DNA of 64,000 nucleotides from Callorhinchus milii (lineage: Eukaryota): NCBI RefSeq assembly GCF_018977255.1, contig NW_024704743.1, forward strand, positions 73,100,001-73,164,000. Direction: 5' to 3'. The position numbers and the translations under genes are program-made. The notes beneath the pieces were generated by a model. It ran no database searches and had not been told where the DNA came from. It worked only from the letters and a program-made list of their open reading frames with translations. Positions 12,813-25,700 of the stretch are shown piece after piece. Each line of letters starts with the position of its first letter. Positions within the stretch are counted from its first letter, which is position 1.

Positions 12813-13210
12813 GAGTCCCGTAGCTCAGTGGTTGGAGCACTCGCCTCGCGAGCGAGAGACCTGGGTTCGATTCCCGGCAGGGCAAAACCTTGGGCAAGTT
12901 TCCTTACTCCACATGCCTGATAATAATCCCTCAAAAAAAAATTGGTCACTTCAGTCCATAACCGTTTGTATCTGTCTGCGTCACATTCAAAGGATATGGG
13001 GCGGGAGGTTGGAACAATGATTAAAAAGAAAACAAAGATTAAAAATACCCCAAACTTTTGTAAACAATAGCTGTTACACTGCTGTGTGCGATTGGCTGCT
13101 GCGTTTCACCCACAAATATACAGTCAATTCACTTTACAGTATATTCTGTGAAACGCTTTGAGATGTCTAGAAGACGTCAAAAGTGCTATATCAAAATGCA
13201 AGGATTATTT
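12813..13210 (+). mobile_element. tRNA-Ala-derived SINE, short form, interrupted by an inverted local insertion at ~12970-13076
   Basis: gagtcccgtagctcagtgg (A box) and ggttcgattcc (B box). SINE body resumes at acactgctgtgtgcgattggc. Confidence 0.9.
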
Positions 13211-13481
13211 ATATATTATATAATAATATTCTTAATGAAAATTAAACACACAAGCTGGCTGTGGCTTGATAAAGAATGCTTTTAAACTACACATTATTTA
13301 ATGTCCTGAAGTCAACTTCGAAGAATGGGTCTGAATAATATTTATCAAGACCTGAGTTGTTAGCTTCTAAGGAAGGGAGAAACTGAGCTAAGAAATCATT
13401 TAACTATGTGCACACCTAAGAACTCATCTGTTTAACATTATATTTGGCATGGCTCAGAACTTTGATTTCTGTACTTCTACT

Positions 13482-15495
13482 CAACAACAACAAATTACAC
13501 TTGTATAGCGCCCTTCACTTGGAAAGACATCCCAGGGCTGGACAGTCAGGGGTTTTTAGACCCGAACTGGGAGTTGGGGTCAGGAGAGGTGGAGGGCAGG
13601 GGTGGTGGGGCTGTGGGGTTGGCCAAAGGCAAGGTCAAAGAGGAAGGTCTTTAGATGGGACTTGAAGGAGGCAAGAGAGGGGGTGAGGCAGAAGGACTGT
13701 GGGATAGAGTTCCAGAGTATGGTGCAGAGACGCTGAATGCCCAACCACCAATGGTAGGACGAGATGTAACAGGTCAGTGTCTGCTGTGCGGAGGGAGCAG
13801 AAAGCTGATATTAAGTTAACAGGTCTGAGAGGTAGGAGAGGGCAAGGCCGTGGAGGGCCTTGAAGGTGAGGACGAGAATTTTGAACTTGTTCCTCTCAGG
13901 GATGTGGAGCCAGTGGAGCCGGGCGAGGGTGGGTGTAATGGGGTTACGGAGCCTGGTGCAGGAGTGGACATGACCTGCTTGTGGAGGGCAGAGTTGGGAA
14001 GGCTGACAAGCAGGGAGTTGGCATAGTTGAGCCTAGACGTAATGGAGTCCTGTAGCTCAGTGGTTAGAGCACTCGCTTTGCAAGCGAGAGACCTGAGTTC
14101 AATTCCAGGCAGGGCGAAACCTTGGACAAGTTCCCTTACTCCACACGTCTAATAATAATCCCTCCAAAAAAAAACAGCAATAAATTGGTCATTTTTAATC
14201 TATGACTGTTTGTGGGACATTGCTGTGCGCAATTGGCTGCCGCGTTCGCCCACAAATATTCAGTCAATTCACTTTACAGTATATTCTGTGAAGCGCGTTG
14301 GGACGTTTAGAAGACGTGAAAAGTGCTATATCAAATGCAAGGATTATTATTATAATGGAGGCATGTTTGAAAGTTTCAGTGGCCTGAGGGGTGAGGCAGT
14401 GGCGGAGTCGGGCAATGTTGCGGAGGTGGGGGAAGGCAGAGCGGGTCATGGCACGGATTTAGGGAGAAATGACAATTGAAGGTCGAACAAGACGCCCAGG
14501 TTCCTGACTGGCTCGGTGAGGTGAAGTGTGCATCGGTGGATGCTGATGTTGCCAGTGCCTGAGGTGCTGAAGCGCTGGTGCGAACCAATCAGGAGGCCCT
14601 TCATCTTGCTGATGTTCAACTGTAGCAAGTTGGCTCTCATCCAGGACTTGATGTCTGATAAACATTCTGTCAGAACATCTTGTCCTGGGATCGAGGGTGG
14701 AGGCAGAGAAGTAGAATTGGGTGTCATCTGCATACATGTGGAAGTTGACCCCATGTCTGCAGATGATGTCACCAAGAGGAGCATAAACAAGTTGAAGAGG
14801 AGAGGACCGAGGACACAGCCCTGAGGAACACCGCATGAGGTGGTGAGGGGCTGGAGGAGAAGCCGTTTGTGGAGATGAAGTGGAGCCGGTGTGAGAGATA
14901 GGATCTGAACATTCTGAGAGGAGATGCAGTGGAGGAGGATAGAGTGGTCCACAGTGTCAAAGGCAGCAGAGAGGTCGAGGAGGACGAGGAGGCAGAGGAG
15001 CCCTGGTCACAGATAGACAGAATGTCATTTGTCACTTTGACCAGGGCTGTTTACTGGAGGGGTTTGTAAAGGGAGTGGCAGGAGAGGGAGGAATGAAGCT
15101 GGGAAGCAACAACTTTTTCGAGGACCTTGGAAAGGAACGTTGGAGATGGGGCTGTAGTTTGTGAGCAGGGATGGGTCCAGGGAAGGTTTTTTTAGGATAG
15201 AGGTGATGACAGCTGTTTTTGGGTGGTTGGAACCCTACCAGTTGACAGGGAGAAGTTGACAAGGTCTGAGAGTAAAGGGCCGAGGAAGTGGAGCTGGGAG
15301 GTAAGGAGAGGGGTAGGGATAAGGTTGAGGGAGCAGGTGGTTGGCTTCATGTGGGTTATCGTGGTGGTGAGAGAGGAGGGGGAGACGTGTTCGGAGGTGT
15401 GTAGGAAGGGATGGATAGAGGCTGGAGTGTGAGGGAGAGTTGGGGAGGGGGTGGTGGTTGGGAGAGTGGAAGCAGGTGAACGGATCCGCTCGATT
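13482..15495 (-). mobile_element. L2 LINE, ~1.7 kb of ORF2 RT region plus tail, with a SINE inserted at 14045-14352
   Basis: Minus-strand ORFs contain [22 protein letters not shown] and MKPTTCSL. (CAA)n tail. Confidence 0.92.
14045..14352 (+). mobile_element. tRNA-derived SINE, short form, with target-site duplication
   Basis: Full head to (TTA)n tail. taatggag repeated at 14040-14047 and 14353-14360. Confidence 0.92.
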
Positions 15496-18400
15496 ATAGT
15501 TAGTGACAGCAAAGAACATAGTCATATTGGCATAACCCTGCTCCTCTGATATTATTCTGATAATTTACATTCTCCTCCTCTCCCTTCGCCTTGTAGTCAT
15601 CCTGAATACAGTTGTGATAAGTCCCAAATAAAAGCTGTTGCTTTACTTGCAAATTCTGCTGTTCCTTTGAAATAAAGTGAAAAGTGGGTTTCCTCCCAGA
15701 CCAGAATGCCATCAAGATTTTAACCATTTTTAAAAGCATTATTTGTGCCTAGATCAATGCTGTACAGAGGTTTGAGAGTAGTGTAAGGGAGGAAGAGTCA
15801 TTTAAGGGAGGAAAATATGAACATGTATCCATAAAATACAATTCAAAGTATAATGTTTTCTTACTAAAATATTGAAAAGAAAATAAGAATTTTATGTTAC
15901 AGAAGTCATTGACTGATAGTGGCACTCAAACGGTGTTATTTGTCAGGCAAGGGGAAAATGTAGCCCCGTGTGTTTAGGTCTCAACCTCAGAAGAGCTTTC
16001 TATGTCATGCAGGTGTCTTTTCATTTCCTTAATTGTTTGTCCTGGTGACTTCCTTGAGTGAAATTGTCAATTCACTGCCCAATGGTGCTGCATGTGAGGG
16101 CAGTTTGGTTTGTCATTTCTATGTTCACTGGAAACTGCATTGAGACTAATTACTCAGGAGATTCTTTAGAATTGTTGGGGAGTACAAGTAAACAGCTCAT
16201 TAGTCTGACCTGAAGTTAGACTCAACCCCCAGTGTCAAGACAACTGTGTGCCGACTATCTTTCTTTAAGACATCAGGTAGTCCTTTTAGGTTTTTTTCTT
16301 CCTCTAAAATGCATACAATTACAATATATTTTTATTTTGTATTGAGGTAGGGAATGAAAAGCCCAATGAAGTAGTTTAAAGGGGAATGTGTGCATATAAC
16401 ACATTAGTAAAGGTATTAAACATGTGAATGGAAGGTATTTGTGTAAAATCTGGTGTTTGCATTCTAACATCGGCAATGATGGAATATGGAGTATCCACAG
16501 TTTCTTTTCTGCTGCAGTGGTCCAATGAACAGTCAACAACAACAACAACAACAAGATTCCATTTATAAAGCGCCTTTCACGTCAGGAGGACGTCCCAATC
16601 TTGTATTCCATGATCTATTTTTCCTTTCAAGATCTTTGCTTCTGTTTATCTTCACATTTAAGTTTGCATGTGCATAATGTTAACAGCATGGTGTTTGACA
16701 TCTTGTCCTGGAATGATAATGCAGAAAGAACAGTGTACACATCACATATTATTCCAAGAATATGTGTTATTATATTTATATGCTGGTTCATACAGGTTCA
16801 CTGAGACTGCCTCAGAGGGTTGACTCAATTCTGACATTCCATTGCCCATCATGTCACCTGGGAACCAACTCAGCTCTAAGGAGACCCGACATACCACCCC
16901 TCAGGAGAACTCATAGCATTTGGAACTTTAAATTGAAGCTCATTATAAAGTTGGAAGACTTGCTTACATCATTTTAATCTGGTGAACTTTCTGCTGTATT
17001 GTCTATGGAAATCTAGTGCTGTTCTACAATTTACAGAAAAGATGGTGCGGTGGGAAAAGATAAAATATCTGCAGTAGCTATTCGGAATACCATAATTTTC
17101 ATGATGAACCTATAATAAAGCATCTGGATATCAGTTATATGCAGTTAGAGCTCAATGTAATTGCCTGGAGCAGTTTAATCCTAAACATTTACTAACTTCT
17201 AAATACATGATGATCATGTTTGGTTAATTTCATTTAATAAGCAGTTTTATGATGCACAGTAATTTCATTGTTTTGGCCCCTTAAGTATTAGTTTTATTGA
17301 GAGCAATTAGGCATGACTAATTCTGCTACTTTGTCTTTGATTATGATACATTTTCAACAAAACATCTTAAATGCTAAGTGCCATGCAATAATAAATGCAA
17401 TCTATTAACATGTGTCAGACACCCGGCTGACCAAAAATAATCTATTAAATGCTGTTTTTTATATTGTGATTGTAAAAAGTAATTTAAAAGTTATAGCTCC
17501 AAGTTTCTGTTCGGAATTTTGCAGTAGCGAGTTGAGAAATGTTCTTTCTCACCTTTTTGGACAGAAAATTAAATGTAACATCTGTGGTTTTATTTGAGAA
17601 CTAGGCATCTAACAATGATTTTGTTGGAAGTTGAGGAAGTAAATGACTGAACTATCATCATGTAATCTCCTCGTGCTTACTTACCCAACTTGGGCATTAT
17701 TGATGCCGCATTTCAAGAGATATGGGACATGTGATAGCAGCTGTAAGCTTATGCTGAAAAAGTACCAATACAATAATCAGTATTGAGACAATTGTTGTAA
17801 GGGAAACGTCATAGCTGTAATAATGAATCAAAATGTTGGCACAAAAAGATAGTTTTTAACCAGCCAGGTTGTTGTAATAAATTGTTCTTTAAAGCAAATG
17901 CAGTACTACAAACTTCTCAAAGGCTTACATTAAAAGTGGAAGTGCATATGAAAGTAATTGGGTTGCTACAATAGTCTTACCAAAATGTTGTAATAAATTT
18001 CACAAACAAAATTCAATTGTGGTGCGTCCCAAAGGGACAATTAAGTTTTAATTGTTTTCACTTTAAGTGTAGCTTGTGTATTTTATTTTGTTCACTTGTA
18101 ATGGTTATATTTCCGACTTAGCCATATTCTCTATTATTGATATTATATTAGCTTATAACAAAAACAATAATGATAATAATAATCCTTATATTTGGTATAG
18201 TGCATTTCACGTCTCAAAGCTCTTCACTGAATATAATGTAAAGTGTAGAGACTGTGTATTTTGTGCCAGCTCTCACTATTGTATAATTTACTTTCACTGG
18301 CTTCATCTATGTGTTGTAGCGTTCTCTTTTCTTCTTTGCAATTGTTACACCTGTAGAAATAATTTGCACTTTTAAGGCAGTCTTTTAGAAATTGCTTTTG

Positions 18401-19972
18401 TATGTACCTCATTGCGGAGTATGTTTTCTGATCAGTAATTTGCCCCTTTTAACCTTTATTTCTATTTACCATCGTCGTTTGAACGCAAAAACGACTTAAC
18501 TTGATTTGACATTGCTTTATTCTGTAACGTATTGTTCTGTGTCCAAAATTCACTGTGATCATATCGCGTCTTCTTCCCTTAATATTCAGTACCCCTAGAT
18601 ATTTCTTGCAATTGAATCAAATCACAATTTTTTTTTATGCCTCTGATATATTTAACTATTTATAATTTGACGCCCTAGTATTTAGAGGCAGGTTTGTTTG
18701 GAAATGTTTTTGTTCACCATTTATTTTAAAAAACATCCAATTACTGAGGCTGTTTCTGATAAATATTAATATACTGACCTTTACTATTTTTCTACTGCAA
18801 GGCTTATTTGTTCTATTCATATTCTTATCTCATGTAATTACTTTTTATTTCTGTGTTGATTTAAGTATTTATCACTCAACCTGCATTGGTTGCCAATTCT
18901 TTGTGTATGCCAGTGGTCAGCCTACGCAGAGCAGTCACTAGGGGCAGGAAATCATTCCACTCAGCTCCTGTTAACCCTGCAAGCCAAAGCCCTAACAGTA
19001 GGGTGATCCTGGCTGGACAAGCAGCGGGAAAGCTTGCCAGACTGTGATATCAATGGCAAGCTATGTGGTTTTAGCTGGTTAGACTCCAGCAGTGCCCCAA
19101 CACACGCTCTGAGGTCCCTGGACATCTCCAGGTGTCTAGGTCTGAGGCAATAGTGTAGAACCTGGGAAACATACCTTGTAATATAGATATTCCAACTGCA
19201 TCAGTAGCCTAGAGTTCTGGAAATACTTTCCAAAAAATATTAGCAAAGTAGGCCTCTTTAGAAATCAAACAAAATAAATACAATATACCCTAATGGTAAC
19301 ATGCTTAATGGAGTGCATGAGCAGAGATACATACGTAGGAATACAGATACATAGGTTTTCAAAGATAGATGCAAGTAGTTAAAACCATAAAATAGCTGTA
19401 TTATTATTAATATTAATATTACTACCAATATTAAAGGGTATTGGTAAAGTTGAGGAGAATGGGATTAAAGTAAACAGTTTAATTGGGGGACTGCACTAAC
19501 ACATACCTGATGGGTCAGGTGGCTTGCTGTAATATTCTACAGTTCTATTGATGTTATATTTTCAAACAGCAGTAAATTAATTATTAAACATGTTTATCAT
19601 GCTCAGGGATAGATTTTATAATATGCACATTGTACACAAATATAGGTTTGGTGATACAACCTACATACTATAGTCATTGTTAACCTGGACATACTTCTAA
19701 GACTTCCTCACTGCTTCTATTACTTCAATTCTCCCACGTCAATGCAAAAACCAAAAAGCCTTGATTTTGCCTGTTGTCTGCACCAACGCACACTTTTAGT
19801 ACAGTAATACTTGCTGCCCTCAAATGGTTAAATTGAGTCATCACAAGAGATGCTGAGTTTTTATGGGATGGATTATGTCCCCAAAAGCATATTTGCCTGT
19901 TTGTCACTGCTGCTACTTGTAAAACATGAGCATTTGCTATTGCTGGAGATTTTTCTCTGCTCAATTTCACAG

Positions 19973-20045
19973 GGCAACATCGGACATTGTTTGCTGCAGA
20001 ACCATAGATGGAAGCTTGGTCAGGGCCTTGGAAAAACTCTACAGG
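19973..20045 (+). CDS. GPATCH8-like: Internal coding exon, equivalent to GPATCH8 exon 3, encoding the G-patch core: GNIGHCLLQNHRWKLGQGLGKTLQ(G)
   Basis: Acceptor ttttctctgctcaatttcacag, donor CAGG|gtatgc, 73 bp, in frame with the 75-bp exon. NIG..LLQ...WKLGQGLGK..QG is the G-patch signature. Lies inside ORF 19850..20119. Confidence 0.9.
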
Positions 20046-20744
20046 GTATGCGTTTAAACATAACAGCATATGTGTTAGAAAGATACCACATTGTTACCCA
20101 AGGAGTTTTAGAAATGTAATGGTGTTGTTATTATTATGAGACCCGAAGCTGGATACTATTGGCACTGTTGTGTACTGGAAGTCCCTTGAATCATGATTGA
20201 TAGATGCTTATAATGACTCCTAGAAATTCCTGCTACTTGTTTGTTAAGCTACATGTGCCACACTCATATACATATAAGGAAGAAATAATTGCTAAGGCTG
20301 TGCACATTGTTATAACCTTTGTTGTCATATGGAAATATTGCAGGGTTTTAATCAATGTTGAATGTGTCTTTATTACAACTAAGAAAAGCTGTGCTGCACG
20401 AGAATGATAATGGTTTCTGGTTTCTTTCATAGAAAGAATGGTAAATCCTGACATAACATTATATCCGATTGTGGTATTAACATTGCTGGATGTAATAGAT
20501 GTACAGTCGTTTTGATCAGATAGAGGCAATTGGTGTGATCAGAAATGGAGCCAGTCAGTGTGATCAGATGGAGGCAAATGTTGTAAAAGGGGTAAAAATG
20601 AGATTATCGTGGTTAATACTGATTCCTTTCTGATACATTTCTCGTGATGTGAATCACCAATATTAATTGAACTAATTTATCAAGTTATTATTTTTGTTTG
20701 ACATTATCCAAATGTTAGCTATGATTCATACTACTATTTGTTGG

Positions 20745-21158
20745 CGAAACGCGGTTGCGATTTGCATACAGCAGTGTCCCACAAACAGTTGAAAAAAAAC
20801 AGAACCCCGGGAGAGCAATCCGCCAATCGACTAACAACCAGGTTCCTACTTACTGATAGGTAAACAGAGGAGTGTGGAGTAAGGAAACTTGTCTAGGCTT
20901 TCACCCCACCATTTCAAATGTATGTTAAAGATCCCATTGCACGATTTGAAAAGAGATGGGAATTTCTCTCTTCCAGTGTCCTGGCCAACAATGCTCCAAA
21001 TAGAATCAATCATTCACTGCATCGGTACTTGTATGACATTACTACGTGCAAATTGGCTGCTGCACTCACCCACAAAACACACATTCACCCTGTGAAGCGC
21101 TTTGGGTTGTCGTATCAACATAAATGGCCCTATACCAGGATTATTATTATATTGTTAT
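20745..21158. mobile_element. Minus-strand tRNA-SINE fragment (~20745-20905) abutting a plus-strand Deu-SINE fragment (~20912-21158)
   Basis: gtggagtaaggaaactt (reverse SINE body), then gttaaagatcccattgcacgatttgaa Deu segment and tail. Confidence 0.7.
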
Positions 21159-21477
21159 TAGTTGAGGATGTTTTGTTTTAAGAAAAAGATTGCTTTGCAA
21201 AGTCATGATGATATATAATGACATCATGAGAATTTCCATATTAGGTAGAATTCATGGAACTCTTAGTTTGGTTTGGACACTCTTAAGTGTGGATGGGTTG
21301 CTGCATATGTCAGACACCCAGCTGAGCAAAACAAAAAGGCATTATTGGCTGTGTGTAACATGGCAACATATACTCATAGTTACAATTTAAAATTCAATTT
21401 CATTACAGTTAATAAAAACATAATAAAATGGCAGAAAATTGAAATGGAGAATCCTAACACAAATAAAATGAGTAAAA

Positions 21478-22118
21478 TCAATTCACTTTACAGTATATTC
21501 TATGAAACGCTTTGAGATGTCTAGAAGATGTCAAATGTGCTATATCAAAATGCAAGGATTATTTATATTATATATATATTCTCATCAGGTCTGAGAGGTA
21601 GGAGAGGGCGAGGCCGTGGAGGGCCTTGAAGGTGAGGGCGAGAATTTTGAACTTGTTCCTCTCAGGGATGTGGAGCCAGTGGAGCCGGGCGAGGGTGGGT
21701 GTAATGGGGTTACGGAGCCTGGTGCAGGAGTGGACATGACCTGCTTGTTGAGGGCAGAGTTGGGAAGGCTGACAAGCAGGGAGTTGGCATAGTTGAGTCT
21801 AGACGTAATGGAGTCCTGTAGCTCAGTGATTAGAGCACTCGCTTTGCAAGCGAGAGACCTGAGTTCAATTCCAGGCAGGGAAACCTTGGACAAGTTTCCT
21901 TACTCCACAGGTCTAATAATAATCCCTCCAAAAAAACCCAGTAATAAATTGGTCATTTTTAATCTATGACTGTTTGTGGGACATTGCTGTGCGCAATTGG
22001 CTGCCGCGTTCGCCCACAAATATTCAGTCAATTCACTTTACTGCATATTCTGTGAAGCGCTTTGAGACGTCTAGAAGACGTGAAAAGCGCAATATCAAAT
22101 GTAAGGATTATTATTATA
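21478..22118 (+). repeat. Local duplicate of 13124-13236 plus 13820-14352 (SINE tail, L2 piece, SINE)
   Basis: Same L2/SINE junction (gacgtaatggagtcc), same internal L2 deletion and same private SINE-tail variants. Confidence 0.88.
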
Positions 22119-23023
22119 TACAAAGAGCAGGAATATTTAACAAAAGTTCAAACTTTGTAAGTGAAAGTTTATTAGATGGTATTCTGTGGTAGCTGATCTG
22201 CATGCAAATTTAAAAAAAATTGAAGTCATATTTTATGATGTCTTTACAAATACTACTTTGACTACAATTTGGGGAAACATTGTATTTTACAAGGGGTTTC
22301 TTCCATCGGAAAAATAAGTAGGACATTGTCAATGTTGTAATGCATTGTCAGCTGCATGAAAGTCCTTAAACTTTTCATATGTAGGCTGAGAAATGTGGAG
22401 ATAATAACTATACGTATCTTCTTTGTGGTACTTTATTATAAAAGGTTTAGGTAAATGTGTGGCACAGATAGAATACATCATGGCCAAATGTGAGGTATGA
22501 AACTATCTCTATTTATGTTTCTGATAATAACTCACTTACAAGTTGTTTGGTCATGCCCAATTTATCATAGCTTGCTGGTATGGCTGGTTCGCTGCTACGT
22601 ATCTAATGATACCATTTCAGTTTCTTGAAACTACCATTGTATCATGTGTACAAATGCTTCATTTTTTAGTTATTTTTAGACTTGTACATTTAAGATTCTT
22701 TTGTATTAAGTTTCAGTCCTAAAAACAAGTTCACAAATCAATTACTTTAAGTGAATGCTGTCCTTAAGCATGGGTTCAGCCTCTTTGACATTACATCATT
22801 AATTATGTAGCCAATTCTAGCAGCTCAGTTGGTTTAGCATTGAATGTGGAATTGGCAGGTCTGATGTGAGTTTGTCTCAGAGGTGAATTCTCACAGGTTA
22901 GCATGCCTTACATGAAGTTCGCAGGTCAATGTGCTGTATCTTCTCTGGAGCCATTTGTGCTGCCATAGTTTGGTGAGCAATTTTTCAACCCCAAATGTGT
23001 TATGAATTTGCCTTAGAGGTTGA

Positions 23024-23530
23024 ACAACAACAACTTGAATTTATACAGAGCCTTTCATGAGTTTAGAGTTTTGGAGTACTCAACAATGGTGGAGCTTGAT
23101 GCAGAGCAGGGAGAGAGAGGGAAGGTGGCTGTAAACACAATCAAAGAGGAAGTTTCAGATGCAATCTGAAGATGGGCAAGGTGAAAAGATTGAGGCAAAG
23201 TTACAGAGGTTTGCAGTGTAGTTGCTGAAAGCATGGCCACCATTGATTGAATGGAGAGATTGAGGATAAGGGACATGTAGCAGGTTGGAGCCAGCTGAGA
23301 AAAGGAGCGGGTCGAGGAGTGAGGTATAAGCAGCTCGAAGATGTAGGAGGTGTTAAGTTGTGAATTGATTTGTAAGTAAGTGTGAAGATCTTGAAATTGA
23401 TCCCTTCTGCAGTAGGAATCAGGCAAAGACTGGAGTGTTGGGGTTGTGGACTTTGGCACAGGTGAGGATAACCGCAGCAGAGTTTTGGATCAATTGGATC
23501 AGTTGTATTATTAAGGTGACTGTGAAGCAC
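23024..23530 (-). mobile_element. Old L2 3' fragment
   Basis: caacaacaacttgaatttata tail. ORF 23201..23530 contains INFKIFTLTYKSIH. Confidence 0.75.
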
Positions 23531-23960
23531 TGTTTAATTTTTTTTCTGGAGGTATTTATTTCTCAACATACCATGTACCATTCCAAACAAGCAGTCAGTG
23601 GAGCCTGTAGGAGGAAGACCATAAAAGCAATCTAGGTTGAGAATGTCCACTCTGCTTGATTTCCTCCTCCTACCCTCTTCCCCGGAAAGTAAATCTAAGA
23701 AATAAGAACAAAAAAAATCATTTGAACAATCAGATTTGGTTCTTTTCATTGATAATCTATACAGTTATGGAGTTAAATTTCTAATTTCTGAAGTAAGTGG
23801 TTTTCTGCAGGCAAAGGACGGAAGATATATGAAGTGCTGGTGGAATTCCTTGTTGACCCAAAGAGCAGTAATAAGAGAAATTCTGGGACTCCAGTCTGAC
23901 GTTGCAGTTTACACTATTCAACCCTGACCAATTGCATTCTACAGATGACATTTCCATGTT

Positions 23961-25375
23961 TCCTCGACCCCATCCCTACCCCCTCCTTACCTCCCAGCTC
24001 CACCTCCTTGCCCCTCTAACTCACTGACATTGTTAACCTCTCCATCCTCTGGTACTGTTCCCACCCCTTTAAAAACCGCTGTCATCACTCCTATCCTTAA
24101 AAACTCCTCCCTGGGCCCTTCATTACTCCCTAACTACTGCCCCATCTCCAACCTCTCCTTCCTCTCCAAGGTCCTGGAACGAGTTGTTGCTTCTCAGCTT
24201 CGCTCTTTCCTCTCCTGCTACTCCTTTCTCGAACACCTCCAATCGGGCTTCCATACCGCCCACAGCACAGAAACAGCCCTGGTCAAAGTGACAAATGACA
24301 TTCTATCCATCTGCAACCAGGGCTCCCTCTGCCTCCTTGTCCTCCTTGACCTTTCTGCTGCTTTCGACACCGTCAACCACTCCATCCTCAACCACTGCCT
24401 CTCCTCTCACTTCATCCTCCATGGTGCTGTCCTTGATTGGTTCAGATCATACCTGTCACACCGCCTGCACTTCAACTCCTCAAACAGCTTCTCCTCTAGC
24501 CCCCGGACCATCTCATGCGGGGTTCCTCAAGGCTGTGTCCTTGGTCCCCTCCTCTTCAATATCTATATGCTTCCTTTTGGTGACATCATCCGCAGACATG
24601 GGGTCAACTTCCACATGGATGCGGATGACACCCAACTGCATCACTCTGCCTCCACCCTTGACTCAGGACCACTGCTGTCTTGACAGAATGTCTGTCAGAC
24701 ATCAAGTCCTGGATGAGAGCTAACTTTCTTCGTTGAACGTCAATAAGACCGAGGCTTTCCGATTGGCTCCCGTCAGCGTCTCCTCACCTCAGCTTGACTA
24801 TTCAAACTCGCTGCTTGTCGGCCCCCCCAACTCCTTCCTCCATAGGCTGCAGATCATCCAGAACTCTACAGCCTGTGTCCTCTCCTGCACTAGGCTCCGA
24901 GACCCTATCACCCGAATCCTTGCCCAACTCCACTGGCTTCCCATCCTTGAGCATAGTGTTCAAAATCCTAATCCTCGCCTTCAAAGCCCTCCATGGTCTT
25001 GCTCCCCCCTACCTCTCCGATCTCCTAACCCACGACTATCCTGTTCGCTCCCTCTGCTCAGTGGGCTCCAGCCTGCTTCATGTCCTTCGCCCTGTTCGCC
25101 CCATTATTGGTGGGCGGACCTTCCACCACTCTGCACCCACCCTCTGGAACTCCATCCCGCAGTCCCTCCATCTCGCCCCCTCCCTTGCCACCTTCAAGAC
25201 TCATCTCAAGACCCTCCTCTTTGACAGTGCTTTTGATTTCCCTGCTTTCCGCCCTGCCCTCCCCACTCGCCCACCCCGACCCTCAGCTCGGATTCGTAAC
25301 TCTGTCTATCCAGTGCCTTGGGACGTTCCCCCCCCCCCGCGTGAAAGGCGCTGTATGTAATTTTGTTGTTGCTGT
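23961..25375 (+). mobile_element. L2 LINE RT region plus tail, internally deleted near 24790
   Basis: ORF 24030..24683: PISNLSFLSKVLE, QSGF, STETAL, LDLSAAFDTV, GVPQG, ADDTQL. Confidence 0.93.
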
Positions 25376-25700
25376 TTGCAACAGCACAATAAGGATTGAG
25401 TTCCACATCGTTTTTGATCTCCTGTATTTTATGTGTCCCTTTATTTAATTCTTAGTTTGATTTTGTGTTGAATTTGCAGTAATTCTTCTGGATAGCAGAA
25501 GAAATCTCCAATTGCAGTTTACTTATTGAAAATCCCATTAAGAATACCACTTATTAGATCTCAGTAGTTCTTTATTTAAAAAACATGTAATTGACATGGA
25601 TTAACTGCTACTGCCAAGTCTAATCCACACATCCAAAAATAAGGATAGAGATGAAGATTATCATCAGCCTAATTTGAATCTTAATACTTTAGTACTTGTA

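Noticed and set aside
12813..12885. tRNA-Ala-like gene (also at 14045, 21811, 28535 and 31360-31429)
   Set aside because: A and B boxes and an anticodon arm are present, but each runs straight into the SINE body and L2-type tail. These are SINE heads.
18930..19062. CTCF-like tcactaggggcag and a 9-bp inverted repeat agcttgcca/tggcaagct
   Set aside because: The CTCF core is one G short and the stem is short enough to arise by chance.
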